DNA of 64,000 nucleotides from a virus (Duplodnaviria; Heunggongvirae; Uroviricota; Caudoviricetes): IMG/VR virus record IMGVR_UViG_637000265_000001; one strand, 5' to 3'. Shown piece by piece: positions 1 to 12,161 of this stretch (position 1 is its first letter; each line of letters starts with the position of its first letter). The notes under the pieces were generated by a model. It saw only the letters and a program-made list of their open reading frames with translations, ran no database searches and was not told where the DNA came from. The position numbers and the translations under genes were made by a program.

Positions 1-366
1 ATGATTGATGTCTTAGGGCCGGAGAAACGCAGACGGCGTACCACACAGGAAAAGATCGCAATTGTTCAGCAGAGCTTTGAACCGGGGATGACGGTCTCCC
101 TCGTTGCCCGGCAACATGGTGTAGCAGCCAGCCAGTTATTTCTCTGGCGTAAGCAATACCAGGAAGGAAGTCTTACTGCTGTGGCCGCCGGAGAACAGGT
201 TGTTCCTGCCTCTGAACTTGCTGCCGCCATGAAGCAGATTAAAGAACTCCAGCGCCTGCTCGGCAAGAAAACGATGAAAAATGAACTCCTCAAAGAAGCC
301 GTTGAATATGGACGGGCAAAAAAGTGGATAGCGCACGCGCCCTTATTGCCCGGGGATGGGGAGTAA
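1..366 (+). CDS. insC: IS2 InsC (orfA, HTH)
   Basis: 121 aa starting [24 protein letters not shown], matches recalled IS2 InsC. Confidence 0.9.
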   Translation: MIDVLGPEKRRRRTTQEKIAIVQQSFEPGMTVSLVARQHGVAASQLFLWRKQYQEGSLTAVAAGEQVVPASELAAAMKQIKELQRLLGKKTMKNELLKEAVEYGRAKKWIAHAPLLPGDGE

Positions 367-1229
367 GCTTAGTCAGCCGTTGTCTCCGGGTGTCGCGTGC
401 GCAGTTGCACGTCATTCTCAGACGAACCGATGACTGGATGGATGGCCGCCGCAGTCGTCACACTGATGATACGGATGTGCTTCTCCGTATACACCATGTT
501 ATCGGAGAGCTGCCCACGTATGGTTATCGTCGGGTATGGGCGCTGCTTCGCAGACAGGCAGAACTTGATGATATGCCTGCGATCAATGCCAAACGTGTTT
601 ACCGGATCATGCGCCAGAATGCGCTGTTGCTTGAGCGAAAACCTGCTGTACCGCCATCGAAACGGGCACATACAGGCAGAGTGGCCGTGAAAGAAAGCAA
701 TCAGCGATGGTGCTCTGACGGGTTCGAGTTCTGCTGTGATAACGGAGAGAGACTGCGTGTCACGTTCGCGCTGGACTGCTGTGATCGTGAGGCACTGCAC
801 TGGGCGGGGACTACCGGCGGCTTCAACAGTGAAACAGTACAGGACGTCATGCTGGGAGCGGTGGAACGCCGCTTCGGCAACGATCTTCCGTCGTCTCCAG
901 TGGAGTGGCTGACGGATAATGGTTCATGCTACCGGGCTAATGAAACACGCCAGTTCGCCCGGATGTTGGGACTTGAACCGAAGAACACGGCGGTGCGGAG
1001 TCCGGAGAGTAACGGAATAGCAGAGAGCTTCGTGAAAACGATAAAGCGTGACTACATCAGTATCATGCCCAAACCAGACGGGTTAACGGCAGCAAAGAAC
1101 CTTGCAGAGGCGTTCGAGCATTATAACGAATGGCATCCGCATAGTGCGCTGGGTTATCGCTCGCCACGGGAATATCTGCGGCAGCGGGCTTGTAATGGGT
1201 TAAGTGATAACAGATGTCTGGAAATATAG
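324..1229 (+). CDS. insD: IS2 InsD transposase (orfB, DDE)
   Basis: 301 aa overlapping orfA in another frame as in IS3-family elements; sequence matches recalled IS2 InsD. Confidence 0.9.
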   Translation: MDSARALIARGWGVSLVSRCLRVSRAQLHVILRRTDDWMDGRRSRHTDDTDVLLRIHHVIGELPTYGYRRVWALLRRQAELDDMPAINAKRVYRIMRQNALLLERKPAVPPSKRAHTGRVAVKESNQRWCSDGFEFCCDNGERLRVTFALDCCDREALHWAGTTGGFNSETVQDVMLGAVERRFGNDLPSSPVEWLTDNGSCYRANETRQFARMLGLEPKNTAVRSPESNGIAESFVKTIKRDYISIMPKPDGLTAAKNLAEAFEHYNEWHPHSALGYRSPREYLRQRACNGLSDNRCLEI

Positions 1230-1285
1230 GGGCAAATCCAGTATAAGCCATTATCAAACCCACCCGTAGATAGGCTTTGTAATGG

Positions 1286-1804
1286 CTACTTCTTCAGAAA
1301 TGATTCGATGAATTCACGTCGAGGATGACGATAGTTCAGAATATCTTCTGGCATCCTCATAAAGCGGTTGTTGCCGTCTTTGGCAGTAACAAAACAGCTG
1401 TGAACTCCGCAGACATCCGTTTTGATCGTGTCGCTATACTCAAAAAGCAACTGAGCCATCTTCTCTTGCCATTCTGGAGGCATAGCCTCCATGAATACTC
1501 GCGGCATCACGCAGAACGACGCATGCGTAAGACCAAACCACAGTTGCAGGTCTTTACGATATTCTTCATCCATCGTCTTTACCTTTGTTGCAATAAAAAG
1601 CCCCGCGAATGCGAGGCTAAATCCTGGTGTTTGTGATGACTGGCTCTTATCTAAACGCAGCCCCTTACCGCGCGCCAAATGCTCAACTTTAAGCATCAGC
1701 AATGAGATGTTTAATCTGGATTCACTCCAGAAGTGATCACCACCCTGTCTACAGAGCCAGATGTGAAGGATGATGAGTAAAATTATCTCTATCATCGAAG
1801 GCAT
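1286..1804 (-). CDS. hypothetical protein downstream of Rz; start uncertain (internal ATG at 1573 has an AAAGG RBS)
   Basis: ORF on the same strand immediately after Rz; no recognisable family. Confidence 0.35.
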   Translation of the reverse strand: MPSMIEIILLIILHIWLCRQGGDHFWSESRLNISLLMLKVEHLARGKGLRLDKSQSSQTPGFSLAFAGLFIATKVKTMDEEYRKDLQLWFGLTHASFCVMPRVFMEAMPPEWQEKMAQLLFEYSDTIKTDVCGVHSCFVTAKDGNNRFMRMPEDILNYRHPRREFIESFLKK

Positions 1805-2274
1805 TGCGTCCTGATATATTCCTGAAGCGTTCTCAGTGCTGTCTGGTCTCTGATGATTCCGTCCCGGATACCGAGAACGTTTCGTCCAGCAACTGGAGAG
1901 AGTTCGACGGTGGCATCATTGCCCATGCCGGAGGCGCTGGAGGTTTCGGCTGAGGATGGCACAGGGCATTTTCCTTTGACGAGCACCCGACCACCATTAT
2001 CAAGCTTGCGCCGAAGAGCATCATTTTCAGCTTTCGCATCAGCTAACTCCTTCGTGTATTTAGCATCGAGTGCATCAGCATCACGCTGGCGCTGCTGCAT
2101 GTCAGTAATGGTTGCGTTCGCCAGCTTCAGTTCTCCGGCGTTTTTGTCGCGCTGCTCTTTGTAGGTAATGGCGTTATCACGGTAATGATTAACAGCCCAT
2201 GACAGGCAGACGATGATGCAGATAACCAGAGCGGAGATAATCGCGGTGACTCTGCTCATTGATCTATCTCCCAA
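1792..2274 (-). CDS. i-spanin Rz
   Basis: N-terminal [23 protein letters not shown] and coiled-coil body; overlaps endolysin end; embedded Rz1 in +1 frame. Confidence 0.85.
   Translation of the reverse strand: MGDRSMSRVTAIISALVICIIVCLSWAVNHYRDNAITYKEQRDKNAGELKLANATITDMQQRQRDADALDAKYTKELADAKAENDALRRKLDNGGRVLVKGKCPVPSSAETSSASGMGNDATVELSPVAGRNVLGIRDGIIRDQTALRTLQEYIRTQCLR
1833..2039 (-). CDS. o-spanin Rz1 lipoprotein, embedded in Rz
   Basis: Lipoprotein signal (LIMVVGC) and proline-rich body in alternate frame inside Rz. Confidence 0.65.
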   Translation of the reverse strand: MRKLKMMLFGASLIMVVGCSSKENALCHPQPKPPAPPAWAMMPPSNSLQLLDETFSVSGTESSETRQH

Positions 2275-2789
2275 CAGGCTAATGCGCTTTCCTGGTCACG
2301 ACGAATAACCTGTCCATAGCAGTTATTTGAACGTATGCGGCAATCGCGCCCAACATCTTTTATCCACCAGCGAATCGCCTCGCATGCGCCCTTACGATCA
2401 CCGGCATTCAGCCGCTTATAAAACGTCGACGGGAAACACTTACCGGGGCCAATGTTATAGGGGCAAAATGACGCTATACCCGCTTTCTGGGGTTCGGTCA
2501 GAGGTACTTTAATATTGCGCTCCACCCATGCCAGCGCCTTATCACGTTCAATAGCGTTAACCTGGTCACATTTTTCCTTCGACAGCTTCATTCCCGGTAT
2601 GACAGGCTTACCATCCACCATTGTGGCACCACGACAGATGGTCCATATGCCAGAACCATCACGGTATGCCGTTGTGTGATTACCCTCTTTTTCGTTCAGA
2701 AACTGGTCAAGTATCTGGGGAGCAGACGCGCCTGCGGCAATCAGCGCCAGAACAGCAGCCGACAGGCCGTATTTGATTTTTGCGCTCAT
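2256..2789 (-). CDS. SAR endolysin (phage 21 R-type lysozyme)
   Basis: N-terminal Gly/Ala-rich signal-anchor-release segment [15 protein letters not shown] followed by T4-lysozyme-like E...D...T catalytic region. Confidence 0.85.
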   Translation of the reverse strand: MSAKIKYGLSAAVLALIAAGASAPQILDQFLNEKEGNHTTAYRDGSGIWTICRGATMVDGKPVIPGMKLSKEKCDQVNAIERDKALAWVERNIKVPLTEPQKAGIASFCPYNIGPGKCFPSTFYKRLNAGDRKGACEAIRWWIKDVGRDCRIRSNNCYGQVIRRDQESALACWEIDQ

Positions 2790-2854
2790 GGATATTTATC
2801 AGGATTTATCGGCAACAAATAACGAGCCAACTTATATACGCCTTTTAAGATAAG

Positions 2855-3442
2855 TCAGCCCCGGCTGGATCCAGTCATCAGGCTCTTTCTTAAAGGGGGA
2901 GTATTGAAATCACGAAGAAGAGCCTCCCGCACCGCAGCATCCATGTCTGCACCACTGGCAAGTGCTTCAATCTCTGCCGCCACCTGCAAATACCCCATGC
3001 AACGGCCAATGCGTTTCATAACTCTGGTGTTTTCGTCTTTCAGGCATCTGATAGCGAGATTAATAATTTTCAGGCAGTGATGATGCGATGCCCGGACAGG
3101 TTTTCCGTTCTCATAAACGACGAACTCACCCTCTTCACAGGAAACCCTGAAAGGCCGATGGGGTTCCTGGTCTTTATCCGGTGCAGACGCAATAAAATCA
3201 CTTTTATGCTCTTCCTCTCCGGCACTGTTAACCGTAATGACGTACTCAGGCCGCAGGTAAGCCGCCTCTTTTTCTGACAATGCGGCCGGTAAAAACTTTT
3301 CCTGCAAAAACTTCATAAAAGTCTCGTGAGCGACTTTGTGGCAGTAATCGTAAATCGCCGCATAATGCTCATCGCGGCGTTTGTTTTCATCTTCAGAACT
3401 CACCAACGCCGACAAATTTTTTATTAAGCTCAGTGATTTCAT
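2855..3442 (-). CDS. hypothetical protein inserted between holin and endolysin
   Basis: 195 aa ORF, charged and Cys/His-containing, no TM segment; weak RBS. Confidence 0.45.
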   Translation of the reverse strand: MKSLSLIKNLSALVSSEDENKRRDEHYAAIYDYCHKVAHETFMKFLQEKFLPAALSEKEAAYLRPEYVITVNSAGEEEHKSDFIASAPDKDQEPHRPFRVSCEEGEFVVYENGKPVRASHHHCLKIINLAIRCLKDENTRVMKRIGRCMGYLQVAAEIEALASGADMDAAVREALLRDFNTPPLRKSLMTGSSRG

Positions 3443-3488
3443 TTTCCAGGTGATTGAATCGCTGATTCATTTCTTCATGCTTCATTAT

Positions 3489-3704
3489 TTACTCTCCCCG
3501 TGCAGCCTTACGCTTGTCTTCTCTTATTTTGAAATATAGATTCGTCAGATAAGTCAGAAGCCCCAGAAGCAGACTTCCCAGCACACCAATCGCAGCCCAC
3601 TGTGATGGCCTGACCTGATCCAACCACTGCAAAAACCAGTAGCCGGCACTGCCGGCGGAGGTGCCGTAGGCAATGCCCGTTGAAATTTTGTCCATGGATT
3701 TCAT
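3489..3704 (-). CDS. pinholin/antiholin, S21 type (dual start MKSMDK)
   Basis: 71 aa, near-identical to recalled phage 21 S21 / DLP12 EssD; two TM segments; Met1/Met4 dual start. Confidence 0.9.
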   Translation of the reverse strand: MKSMDKISTGIAYGTSAGSAGYWFLQWLDQVRPSQWAAIGVLGSLLLGLLTYLTNLYFKIREDKRKAARGE

Positions 3705-3760
3705 AGCCTCACCTCCGCAAATAACGGATGGCGTAGTTTTACACTGAGAAATGAAAGGGA

Positions 3761-3790
3761 TTTGAAAAGAAAAACCCGCAAAAGCGGGCG
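3761..3790 (-). terminator. intrinsic terminator upstream of holin (tR'-like, minus strand)
   Basis: Minus-strand CCCGC-TTTT-GCGGG hairpin followed by TTTTTCTTTT. Confidence 0.5.
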
Positions 3791-4458
3791 AAACGATATA
3801 TACAGTAAGGAAAGCACTCTATCCAACAAACCACCCACAGTTAATCGGAATAAAAGCAGAGTGCTTATGAATGATCGCCTGCCCGAAGGTTAGTATTTCT
3901 GCACAGCAATTTTGCAAAAAAAGCGATCATTCATAACTTAAACGTCTTTCAGTCACTCCGGGATTTCCCATCATCGCAGACTGAAAGACTCTAACTGGAG
4001 CGGGCAGCGGGAATCGAGGTATCGAAGATAATCAGCCGCTAACCATTTGCTTCCTAAAGGATGATGAATCCTTGTGGTTACAGTTATGGTTACACATTAA
4101 TTTATCTCTGGTCAAGTCCTCTCGTGACTCTGGAACGAGTAACCGAAGTCCTAACTTTAAGACAGTGGCCCCAATCGTCCAGACTTGAAAGGGGCCAAGG
4201 GGGGAGAGGCACCGACCTTTGTCTATTAGATACCTACAGAGATTTTTGTGAGATTTTTTTAATACAAGGTCATAACCTACCGCCACTAGCCCCCACCGAC
4301 CGCAAAGTGAAGACCTGTAAGCACCAGAGCAATAGCTATTGCGGGCATACTGCTGATTGTTATTATCTATCACTCCCTGTAGAGCATCTGGCAGACCAAG
4401 TGGACACAGAGGACGAGCTCAAACAACTCCTGTAAGCTCATGGATGTACTCCTTATGT

Positions 4459-5598
4459 TCACTCAGGGTTTATAGTTACTCTGGGGGTAGTAAACCGAAT
4501 AACATGTATCAACGGGAAAGAGGCGTCTTTCTCAACGTCAAACTCACCTGCTTTCACCTTAACGGAACCAGTAGCCAACACATCGACCACACTGATTAAC
4601 TCAAGGTCATACCCAGCAGTGTTACTATTTCGGGTCACTTTGACATCTACCGTCTTAGCGTCTTTAGTTGACCTGAAAGAGATAGAAGCGAACCGCTTAG
4701 GCAGGAGATAGATACCTGTATCATCGCCCGCATAGCTGCATACAGTGCAGCCCAATAGCTCACTAATATCCTCATGACCTGCGCGTTGAGCGGCTCGGTC
4801 CAAGATTGCCTCAAGTCTCTCAGGGACCAATACAGCGTAATCGCTCAGTGTATTTCCCAACTCGACCGGAAGATTCAACGCTAATGTATCCAGAAGATCT
4901 TCAGCTTGATCAGACGGTTTACCACTTAGTGGGGCTGCCTCAATGATTTGAAGGTCTGGCGTATCTTTCAGGACATCGACCACAGCGGCGAACATCTGGC
5001 GGCAGTATTGAACCTGCATATCACCTACAGTCTGGATTAATGCCCCCTCGGTCCAACCGCCCATCATATCGAAGTCAGATACATGAGTAGTAGCAGAACA
5101 CAGGATGCCCGTCTTATTGGTCTCAGGGTTCAACACTGGGGTGACAGTTACGCTTGCCCCTTTGATGGCTGTGGTAGACGGAGCATCCTTAGCTGGATTA
5201 AACGCGCCATTATGCTTAAAGCGGACGGTGCGATTCTGGAGAGCCTGACGGCGAATAGGCGTAGGGTCAGTGCCGTATGGGCGAAACTCACAAGGGAAGA
5301 CATTCTCCATTACAGCAGTGCGGAAGTCTCCATCATTGAAGGTCTCATCCAAAGAGTCCTCCAGCGCCTGAACAAAATCATGTGAATCATTCCCGAAGGC
5401 CATCGGACGGCCTGAGCGGTCCGTAAAGCCTACGTTGAGAACTTGGGCGTCTTGACCATTGGTCATCTGAACATAGTCAGTGCGTGAGATGTCAGTGCCC
5501 CATATAGACCCCTTAATGATTTGACCGTCTTTATCTCGCTGAGGCTGACGCAGAGAAGCCAGTGAGGATGCTTTGTTAATTTGATTTGTAATAGACAC
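4459..5598 (-). CDS. hypothetical protein, 379 aa from GTG start (alternative ATG at 5676)
   Basis: AAGGAG RBS 9 nt upstream of GTG; long ORF, Ser/Thr/Asp-rich, no family recognised. Confidence 0.55.
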   Translation of the reverse strand: MSITNQINKASSLASLRQPQRDKDGQIIKGSIWGTDISRTDYVQMTNGQDAQVLNVGFTDRSGRPMAFGNDSHDFVQALEDSLDETFNDGDFRTAVMENVFPCEFRPYGTDPTPIRRQALQNRTVRFKHNGAFNPAKDAPSTTAIKGASVTVTPVLNPETNKTGILCSATTHVSDFDMMGGWTEGALIQTVGDMQVQYCRQMFAAVVDVLKDTPDLQIIEAAPLSGKPSDQAEDLLDTLALNLPVELGNTLSDYAVLVPERLEAILDRAAQRAGHEDISELLGCTVCSYAGDDTGIYLLPKRFASISFRSTKDAKTVDVKVTRNSNTAGYDLELISVVDVLATGSVKVKAGEFDVEKDASFPLIHVIRFTTPRVTINPE

Positions 5599-5699
5599 GA
5601 TGAATATCTCCTTATGGTATGAATGCACTACGTAAAAAGTAACTGGTGACACCATTGGTCTTATCTCAGAATCCAAGCAGCGCCACCGAAAGTTATCAG

Positions 5700-6110
5700 T
5701 TACAGCCCGAAAGCGGCCCCTTTATTGCCGAAGCGTTTAATCAATGCTTCCTCTCGGGCTTTACGTTCAGCGACCGCCTTAGCAATCTCTTCTGGTGTAG
5801 CATGAATAGCAGCCATACGTTCTTGATGTGCCTTAGCTTCTTTACGTCGGCGTTCAGCCTCTTGGCGCTCCTGTGCGTTGCTTTGAGCCCACCAGCGGGA
5901 ATACTTGCCGTAATCACCTGCATCAAGACCAGCGGCGTGAATATCGTTAAGAATACGATTTGAGTTCGCCATGTCAGAGCCTGTACTGTTCAGCATGGTT
6001 GTAACGACAATTTCGGTGAAATACTTAGTGGATAGCTCCTGACCGAATACCAGTACAGTTTCTTTGTCAGCGCTCAGTGCGATATCCAGTTTGCGATAAG
6101 AAATAGACAT
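5700..6110 (-). CDS. hypothetical protein, 136 aa, with highly charged K/E/R-rich helical C-terminus
   Basis: Strong RBS AAAGGAG before ATG at 6110; C-terminal QERQEAERRRKEAKAHQER... segment. Confidence 0.55.
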   Translation of the reverse strand: MSISYRKLDIALSADKETVLVFGQELSTKYFTEIVVTTMLNSTGSDMANSNRILNDIHAAGLDAGDYGKYSRWWAQSNAQERQEAERRRKEAKAHQERMAAIHATPEEIAKAVAERKAREEALIKRFGNKGAAFGL

Positions 6111-6237
6111 GTTTGTTTCTCCTTTGAAAAGATGTTTTAAAAGGATTAAACTCATCGGTCTTCCATAGGTATTCCTACGGCGTCTCCCCGTATCTTGGTC
6201 AGTTCAAAAGGTGGTGCTAGCTGTGCTAGTGGGTTAA

Positions 6238-6432
6238 TTACATGAAATCTCTTGGGGTCAGCCCTGCGTCAACCGCCATGAGACAGAGGGCAGCTTTAGA
6301 GTAATACGGGCGGTTTTCCTTGGCAGGCAGACCCAGAGTAGCTATCAGTGCCTTGGTGGGTACCACCATCAGGCGTAACGCCTTACGGCCTTCTGGTGTC
6401 CTTGGGTCAATCTTGATTGTGTTATTAGTCAT
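6238..6432 (-). CDS. hypothetical small protein, 64 aa
   Basis: GGAGGGGA RBS overlapping the stop of the upstream gene (translational coupling). Confidence 0.45.
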   Translation of the reverse strand: MTNNTIKIDPRTPEGRKALRLMVVPTKALIATLGLPAKENRPYYSKAALCLMAVDAGLTPRDFM

Positions 6433-6435
6433 GAA

Positions 6436-6770
6436 TTACCTCCCCTCCAGCTTTGCTACTGCCTGTATGTGTTGCTGTTTAGCAGCGTCGCTTCCATGAA
6501 CCGCTATGACCTTTCTGTGCATCTTGAGTACGTTTTCAGGTCGGCTGAAGAACTCCAGCCCCTTAGCGTTAAACCGAATGTTTATACCGTTTGGGTTGAA
6601 TCGATGGTCAGTAGGTTTGATAATTCGAAAGTACTCCACATAGTTTGGATTGACTGACCACTCGCCACTGAAAGGATGTACTCGGAACAGCTTGCGCTCT
6701 TTCTTAAGGATGGTCATCAGTTTCTGAGCGGGTAGACCATTGGCCTTGCAGTAATCGCCCCAAGTCACGC
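6436..6770 (-). pseudogene. 5'-truncated gene, 111 native codons remain; N-terminus replaced by IS911 end
   Basis: Reading frame runs into the IS911 left inverted repeat at 6771; native start missing. Confidence 0.5.
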
Positions 6771-6842
6771 TGAAGTGGCACACTGAATTTGGCCACCTGA
6801 ACAGAGGTGATATGCTCACCTCAGAACAACACAGGTGCTCCA

Positions 6843-8012
<1,170 letters not shown>

Positions 8013-8020
8013 CCACTTCA

Positions 8021-9070
8021 GCCACTTCACCTTTCTTTCCGAACCTTGTTGATCACCTTCTGGTTAAGCATCACACGGCTGATGGCGTTGAAGATGGCAT
8101 TTCAATCTGCTACTTCAAGCCATACTCGCAAGGCCGTGCTCGCTGGCAGGGTGACACAATCCACGGCGTGTGGTTTGACGAAGAGCCACCATACAGCATT
8201 TATGGCGAAGGTCTTACCCGTACCAACAAATACGGGCAATTCTCAATTCTGACGTTTACCCCGCTGATGGGGATGTCTGACGTTGTTACCAAGTTCCTGA
8301 AGAACCCCAGCAAGTCGCAGAAAGTGGTCAACATGACCATCTATGACGCTGAGCACTATACCGACGAGCAGAAAGAGCAAATCATCGCATCATATCCCGA
8401 GCATGAGAGAGAGGCGCGTGCTCGCGGTATTCCTACGATGGGTAGTGGTCGAATCTTCCAGATACCGGAAGAGACGATTAAGTGTCAGCCGTTCGAGTGT
8501 CCTGATCACTTCTACGTAATTGGCGGGATGGATTTCGGATGGGATCACCCACAGGCGCAAGTTCAGCTTTGGTGGGATAAGGAGGCAGACACAATCTACG
8601 TTTCACGCGTGTGGAAGGCGAAAGAAAAAACAGCCGTTCAGGCGTGGGGAGCCGTTAAATCATGGGCGCATAAAGTGCCAACCGCATGGCCTCATGATGG
8701 AAACCAGCACGAGAAGGGCGGCGGTGAGCAGCTCAAAGGGCAGTATGCAGACGCTGGATTTATGATGTTGCAGGAGCATGCGACATGGCCTGATGGCGGT
8801 AACGCTGTTGAGCCAGGCATCACTGAATTGCGCGACATGATGCTCGATGGTCGCTTCAAAGTATTCAATACCTGTGAGCCATTCTTTGAGGAGTTCCGCC
8901 TCTATCACCGTGATGAAAACGGGAAAATCGTCAAGCTTAACGACGACGTGCTATCCGCCGTTCGCTATGCATACATGATGCGCCGCTTCGCAAAAATGAT
9001 GCGCGACATCAAAAAACCAAAAGAGAAAAAGATACCAGCCCCAATCAGGCCCATCGCACGGAGAACTTAA
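8021..9070 (+). pseudogene. P22-like terminase large subunit, C-terminal fragment (N-terminal ATPase part missing)
   Basis: Frame opens exactly at the IS911 right end; followed by P22-like portal; no terS or terL N-terminus upstream. Confidence 0.75.
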
Positions 9071-11236
9071 ATGGCCGACGAAAACAGACTCAATTCCATT
9101 CTGTGTAAGTTTGACGCAGACTGGATGGCGAGCGATGAAGCCAGAACCGAGGCGACAAATGACCTGTATTTTAGCCGAGTGTCGCAATGGGATGACTGGC
9201 TATCAAACTACACTACCCTGCAATATCGCGGACAATTCGATGTTGTTCGCCCGGAGGTCAGGAAACTGGTCGCAGAGATGCGCCGGAACCCTGTCGACGT
9301 TCTCTTCCGACCCAAAGACGGCGCTAATCCTGATGCAGCCGATGTATTGATGGGGATGTATCGTACTGATATGCGCCATAACACGGCAAAGATTGCCGTT
9401 AACGTTGGCGTTCGTGAGCAGATAGAGTCAGGCGTTGGTGCATGGCGTCTGGTCACGCAGTACGAAGACAACGATCCAACAAGCAACAATCAGGTAATCC
9501 GACGCCTGCCAATCCATGAAGCCTGCTCACACGTCATATGGGACGCCAACAGCAAGCAGATGGATAAGAGCGACGCTAAGCACTGCACGGTGATTAACGC
9601 CTTGTCGCGCAATGGCTGGAAAGAGTTCGCAGAGGATTACGGTATTGACCCGGATACCCTGCCATCTTTCCAGAATCCTAACGATACATGGCTATTCCCG
9701 TGGGTGTCGAATGATGTCGTCTACGTCGCTGAGTATTACGAGGTAGAAGAGGAGAAGGAGAAGGTCTTCATCTACCGCGACCCGCTGACAGGTGAGCCGG
9801 TCAGCTATTACCAGCAGGATATCAAAGACGTCATCGACGACCTGGCTAATCGTGGATTCATTAAGGTAGCAGAGCGCAAGGTGAAGCGTCGGCGTGTGTA
9901 TAAGTCGATCATCACCTGTACGCAGATACTGAAAGACCGCGAGAAGATAGCCGGAGAGCATATTCCAATCGTTCCAGTGTATGGCGAATGGTCATTCGCT
10001 GGTGACAAGGAGTGCTACGAGGGTGTGGTAAGGCTGACGAAAGACGGTCAACGCCTTCGTAACATGATTATGTCGTTCAACGCCGATATTGTTGCTCGGT
10101 CACCGAAGAAGAAACCGACCTTCTTCCCTGAGCAAATCGAAGGCTACGAATACATGTACGGCGGAAATGATGACTATCCGTACTATCTGCAGAACAGGAC
10201 CGATGAAAACGGTAACGACCTGCCGATTGGTCCAATCTCCTACATGGAAAACCCTGAAGTGCCGCAAGCCAACGCTTACATGCTTGAGGCTGCCACCAAC
10301 GCAGTGAAAGAAGTGGCTAGTCTTGGCGTGGATGCGCAGGCGGCAAATGGTCAGGTCGCTTTTGATACCGTCAATCAACTGAACATGCGGGCAGACCTTG
10401 AGACATACGTGTTTCAGGATAACCTGGCTACCGCAATGCGACGTGATGGCGAGATTTATGCCTCAATGGTCAACGATATTTATGACGTTCCTCGTCATGT
10501 AACGCTGACACTTGAAGATGGAAGCGAGAAAGACGTTCAACTCTATGCGCAAGTTGTCGATTACCAGTCCGGCAATGTGGTCACACTCAACGACATTCGC
10601 GGTCGATATGAGTGCTATACAGACGTTGGGCCATCCTTCCAGAGTATGAAGGAACAGAACCGCGCAGAGATTCAGGAGTTGCTCACCAAGGTTCCGCAAG
10701 GTACTCCAGAGTTCCAGATGCTGATGCTGCAATACTTCACGCTGCTTGACGGTAAAGGCGTCGAGATGATGCGAGAGTACGCGAACAAGCAACTGGTGAT
10801 GATGGGGCTGAAGAAACCAGAAACACCTGAAGAGATGGAGATGGTGCAGCAGGCACAACAACAGCCGCAGCAGCCATCAGCAGAGCAAATTCAGGCGCAG
10901 GGTATCCTTCTGCAAGGTCAGGCTGAATTGCTCAAGGCAGAGAACCAACAGGCGCAGATTCAGGTTGAAGCTGCCAAGGTTGAAGCCCAAAACCAACTCA
11001 ACGCCGCGAAGATTGCAGAAATATTCAACAATATGGACCTCGACAAGCAGGCAGAACTGCGTGAGTACCTCAGGCTCGTAGGTCAATTCCAGCAACAGCG
11101 CAGCAAAGATGCTCGTGCTAACGCTGAGCTGCTTCTTAAAGATGCAGACCAGACTCATTCACAACGCATGGATTTCGCGAATCTTATGCGTCAAGTTCAA
11201 ATCCCCTCCGGCGGAGTAGCCGAGACACCTCAATAA
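9071..11236 (+). CDS. portal protein (P22 gp1-like)
   Basis: 721 aa, colinear with recalled P22 gp1 ([18 protein letters not shown]... to ...VAETPQ). Confidence 0.9.
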   Translation: MADENRLNSILCKFDADWMASDEARTEATNDLYFSRVSQWDDWLSNYTTLQYRGQFDVVRPEVRKLVAEMRRNPVDVLFRPKDGANPDAADVLMGMYRTDMRHNTAKIAVNVGVREQIESGVGAWRLVTQYEDNDPTSNNQVIRRLPIHEACSHVIWDANSKQMDKSDAKHCTVINALSRNGWKEFAEDYGIDPDTLPSFQNPNDTWLFPWVSNDVVYVAEYYEVEEEKEKVFIYRDPLTGEPVSYYQQDIKDVIDDLANRGFIKVAERKVKRRRVYKSIITCTQILKDREKIAGEHIPIVPVYGEWSFAGDKECYEGVVRLTKDGQRLRNMIMSFNADIVARSPKKKPTFFPEQIEGYEYMYGGNDDYPYYLQNRTDENGNDLPIGPISYMENPEVPQANAYMLEAATNAVKEVASLGVDAQAANGQVAFDTVNQLNMRADLETYVFQDNLATAMRRDGEIYASMVNDIYDVPRHVTLTLEDGSEKDVQLYAQVVDYQSGNVVTLNDIRGRYECYTDVGPSFQSMKEQNRAEIQELLTKVPQGTPEFQMLMLQYFTLLDGKGVEMMREYANKQLVMMGLKKPETPEEMEMVQQAQQQPQQPSAEQIQAQGILLQGQAELLKAENQQAQIQVEAAKVEAQNQLNAAKIAEIFNNMDLDKQAELREYLRLVGQFQQQRSKDARANAELLLKDADQTHSQRMDFANLMRQVQIPSGGVAETPQ

Positions 11237-11249
11237 GAGAGAGTTAATC

Positions 11250-12161
11250 ATGGACCAAACCACCGACATTCAGGCTTCTGAAGAATTAACCCTGCCCGGC
11301 AATCATGCAGCGGCATCTGCTGATGGCTTAGTTGTCGATAATGCCAACGACAGCGCAGGTCAGGAAGAAGGCTTTGAGATTGTCCTGAAAGACGATGAGA
11401 AACCAAAACAAGACCCGGCAACTAATGCTGAATTTGCCCGTCGCCGCATCGAACGCAAACGCCAGCGTGAGCTTGAGCAGCAGATGGAAGCGGTTAAGCG
11501 TGGAGAGTTGCCGGAGCACCTGCGGGTGAACCCTGAGTTACCAAAACAACCAGACCCTAACGATTATCTTTCCGAAGATGCACTGGCTAAGTACGACTAT
11601 GACCAGAGCCGCGCACTGGCTGCCTTCCAGCAGGCAAACAGTGAATGGCAGATCAAGGCTATGGACGCACGAAGCCAGGCTGTCGCCGAGCAGGGTCGCA
11701 AAACTCAGGAGTTCACCCAGCAATCAGCGCAATACGTCGAGGCGGCCCGTAAGCACTACGACGCAGCGGAAAAGCTCAATATCCCTGACTATCAGGAGAA
11801 AGAGGATGCATTCATGCAACTGGTGCCGCCAGCAGTCGGTGCCGACATCATGCGCCTCTTCCCGGAGAAATCCGCCGCTCTCATGTATCACCTTGGTGCT
11901 AATCCTGAGAAAACACGCCAGTTGCTGGCGATGGACGGGCAATCCGCGCTGATTGAACTCACTCGACTGTCAGAACGTTTAACTCTCAAGCCTCGAGCCA
12001 AGCCTGTTTCAGAAGCCCCGTTACCTGATGAACCCATTCAGGGACATGCTGTTGCTGCAAATATCTCTGCGATTGAAAAGCAGATGGAGGCGGCAGCAAA
12101 CAAAGGGGATGTAGAGACGTACCGCAAGCTCAAGGCGCAACTGAATAAAGGAATTCGATAA
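11250..12161 (+). CDS. scaffolding protein (P22 gp8-like)
   Basis: 303 aa, matches recalled P22 gp8 along its length. Confidence 0.85.
   Translation: MDQTTDIQASEELTLPGNHAAASADGLVVDNANDSAGQEEGFEIVLKDDEKPKQDPATNAEFARRRIERKRQRELEQQMEAVKRGELPEHLRVNPELPKQPDPNDYLSEDALAKYDYDQSRALAAFQQANSEWQIKAMDARSQAVAEQGRKTQEFTQQSAQYVEAARKHYDAAEKLNIPDYQEKEDAFMQLVPPAVGADIMRLFPEKSAALMYHLGANPEKTRQLLAMDGQSALIELTRLSERLTLKPRAKPVSEAPLPDEPIQGHAVAANISAIEKQMEAAANKGDVETYRKLKAQLNKGIR

Larger units (their letters stand above)
1..1240 (+). mobile_element. IS2 (IS3 family), left end cut by window edge
   Basis: InsC and InsD ORFs match recalled IS2 proteins; right terminal sequence GGGGCAAATCCA ends at 1240. Confidence 0.9.

Noticed and set aside
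66-336. Antisense ORFs within IS2
   Set aside because: Lie opposite the well-supported insC/insD genes; no independent support.
4032-4435. ORFs of 113 and 124 aa in the leader region
   Set aside because: No RBS, atypical composition, mutually overlapping on opposite strands inside a region with terminator and hairpin features; likely non-coding.
3791-4458. Possible tRNA genes (as found between Q and lysis genes in Stx phages) or a retron ncRNA in the long leader
   Set aside because: No cloverleaf with T-loop GTTCRANYC consensus or acceptor/CCA arrangement on either strand; hairpins present but not tRNA-like.
4459-5598. YAGDD motif in the 379 aa protein resembling reverse transcriptase or RdRP motif C (possible retron or DRT)
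   Set aside because: No other RT motifs (no PQG motif B', no upstream finger/palm signatures); the motif lies too close to the C-terminus; no convincing msr/msd-like ncRNA in the right orientation.
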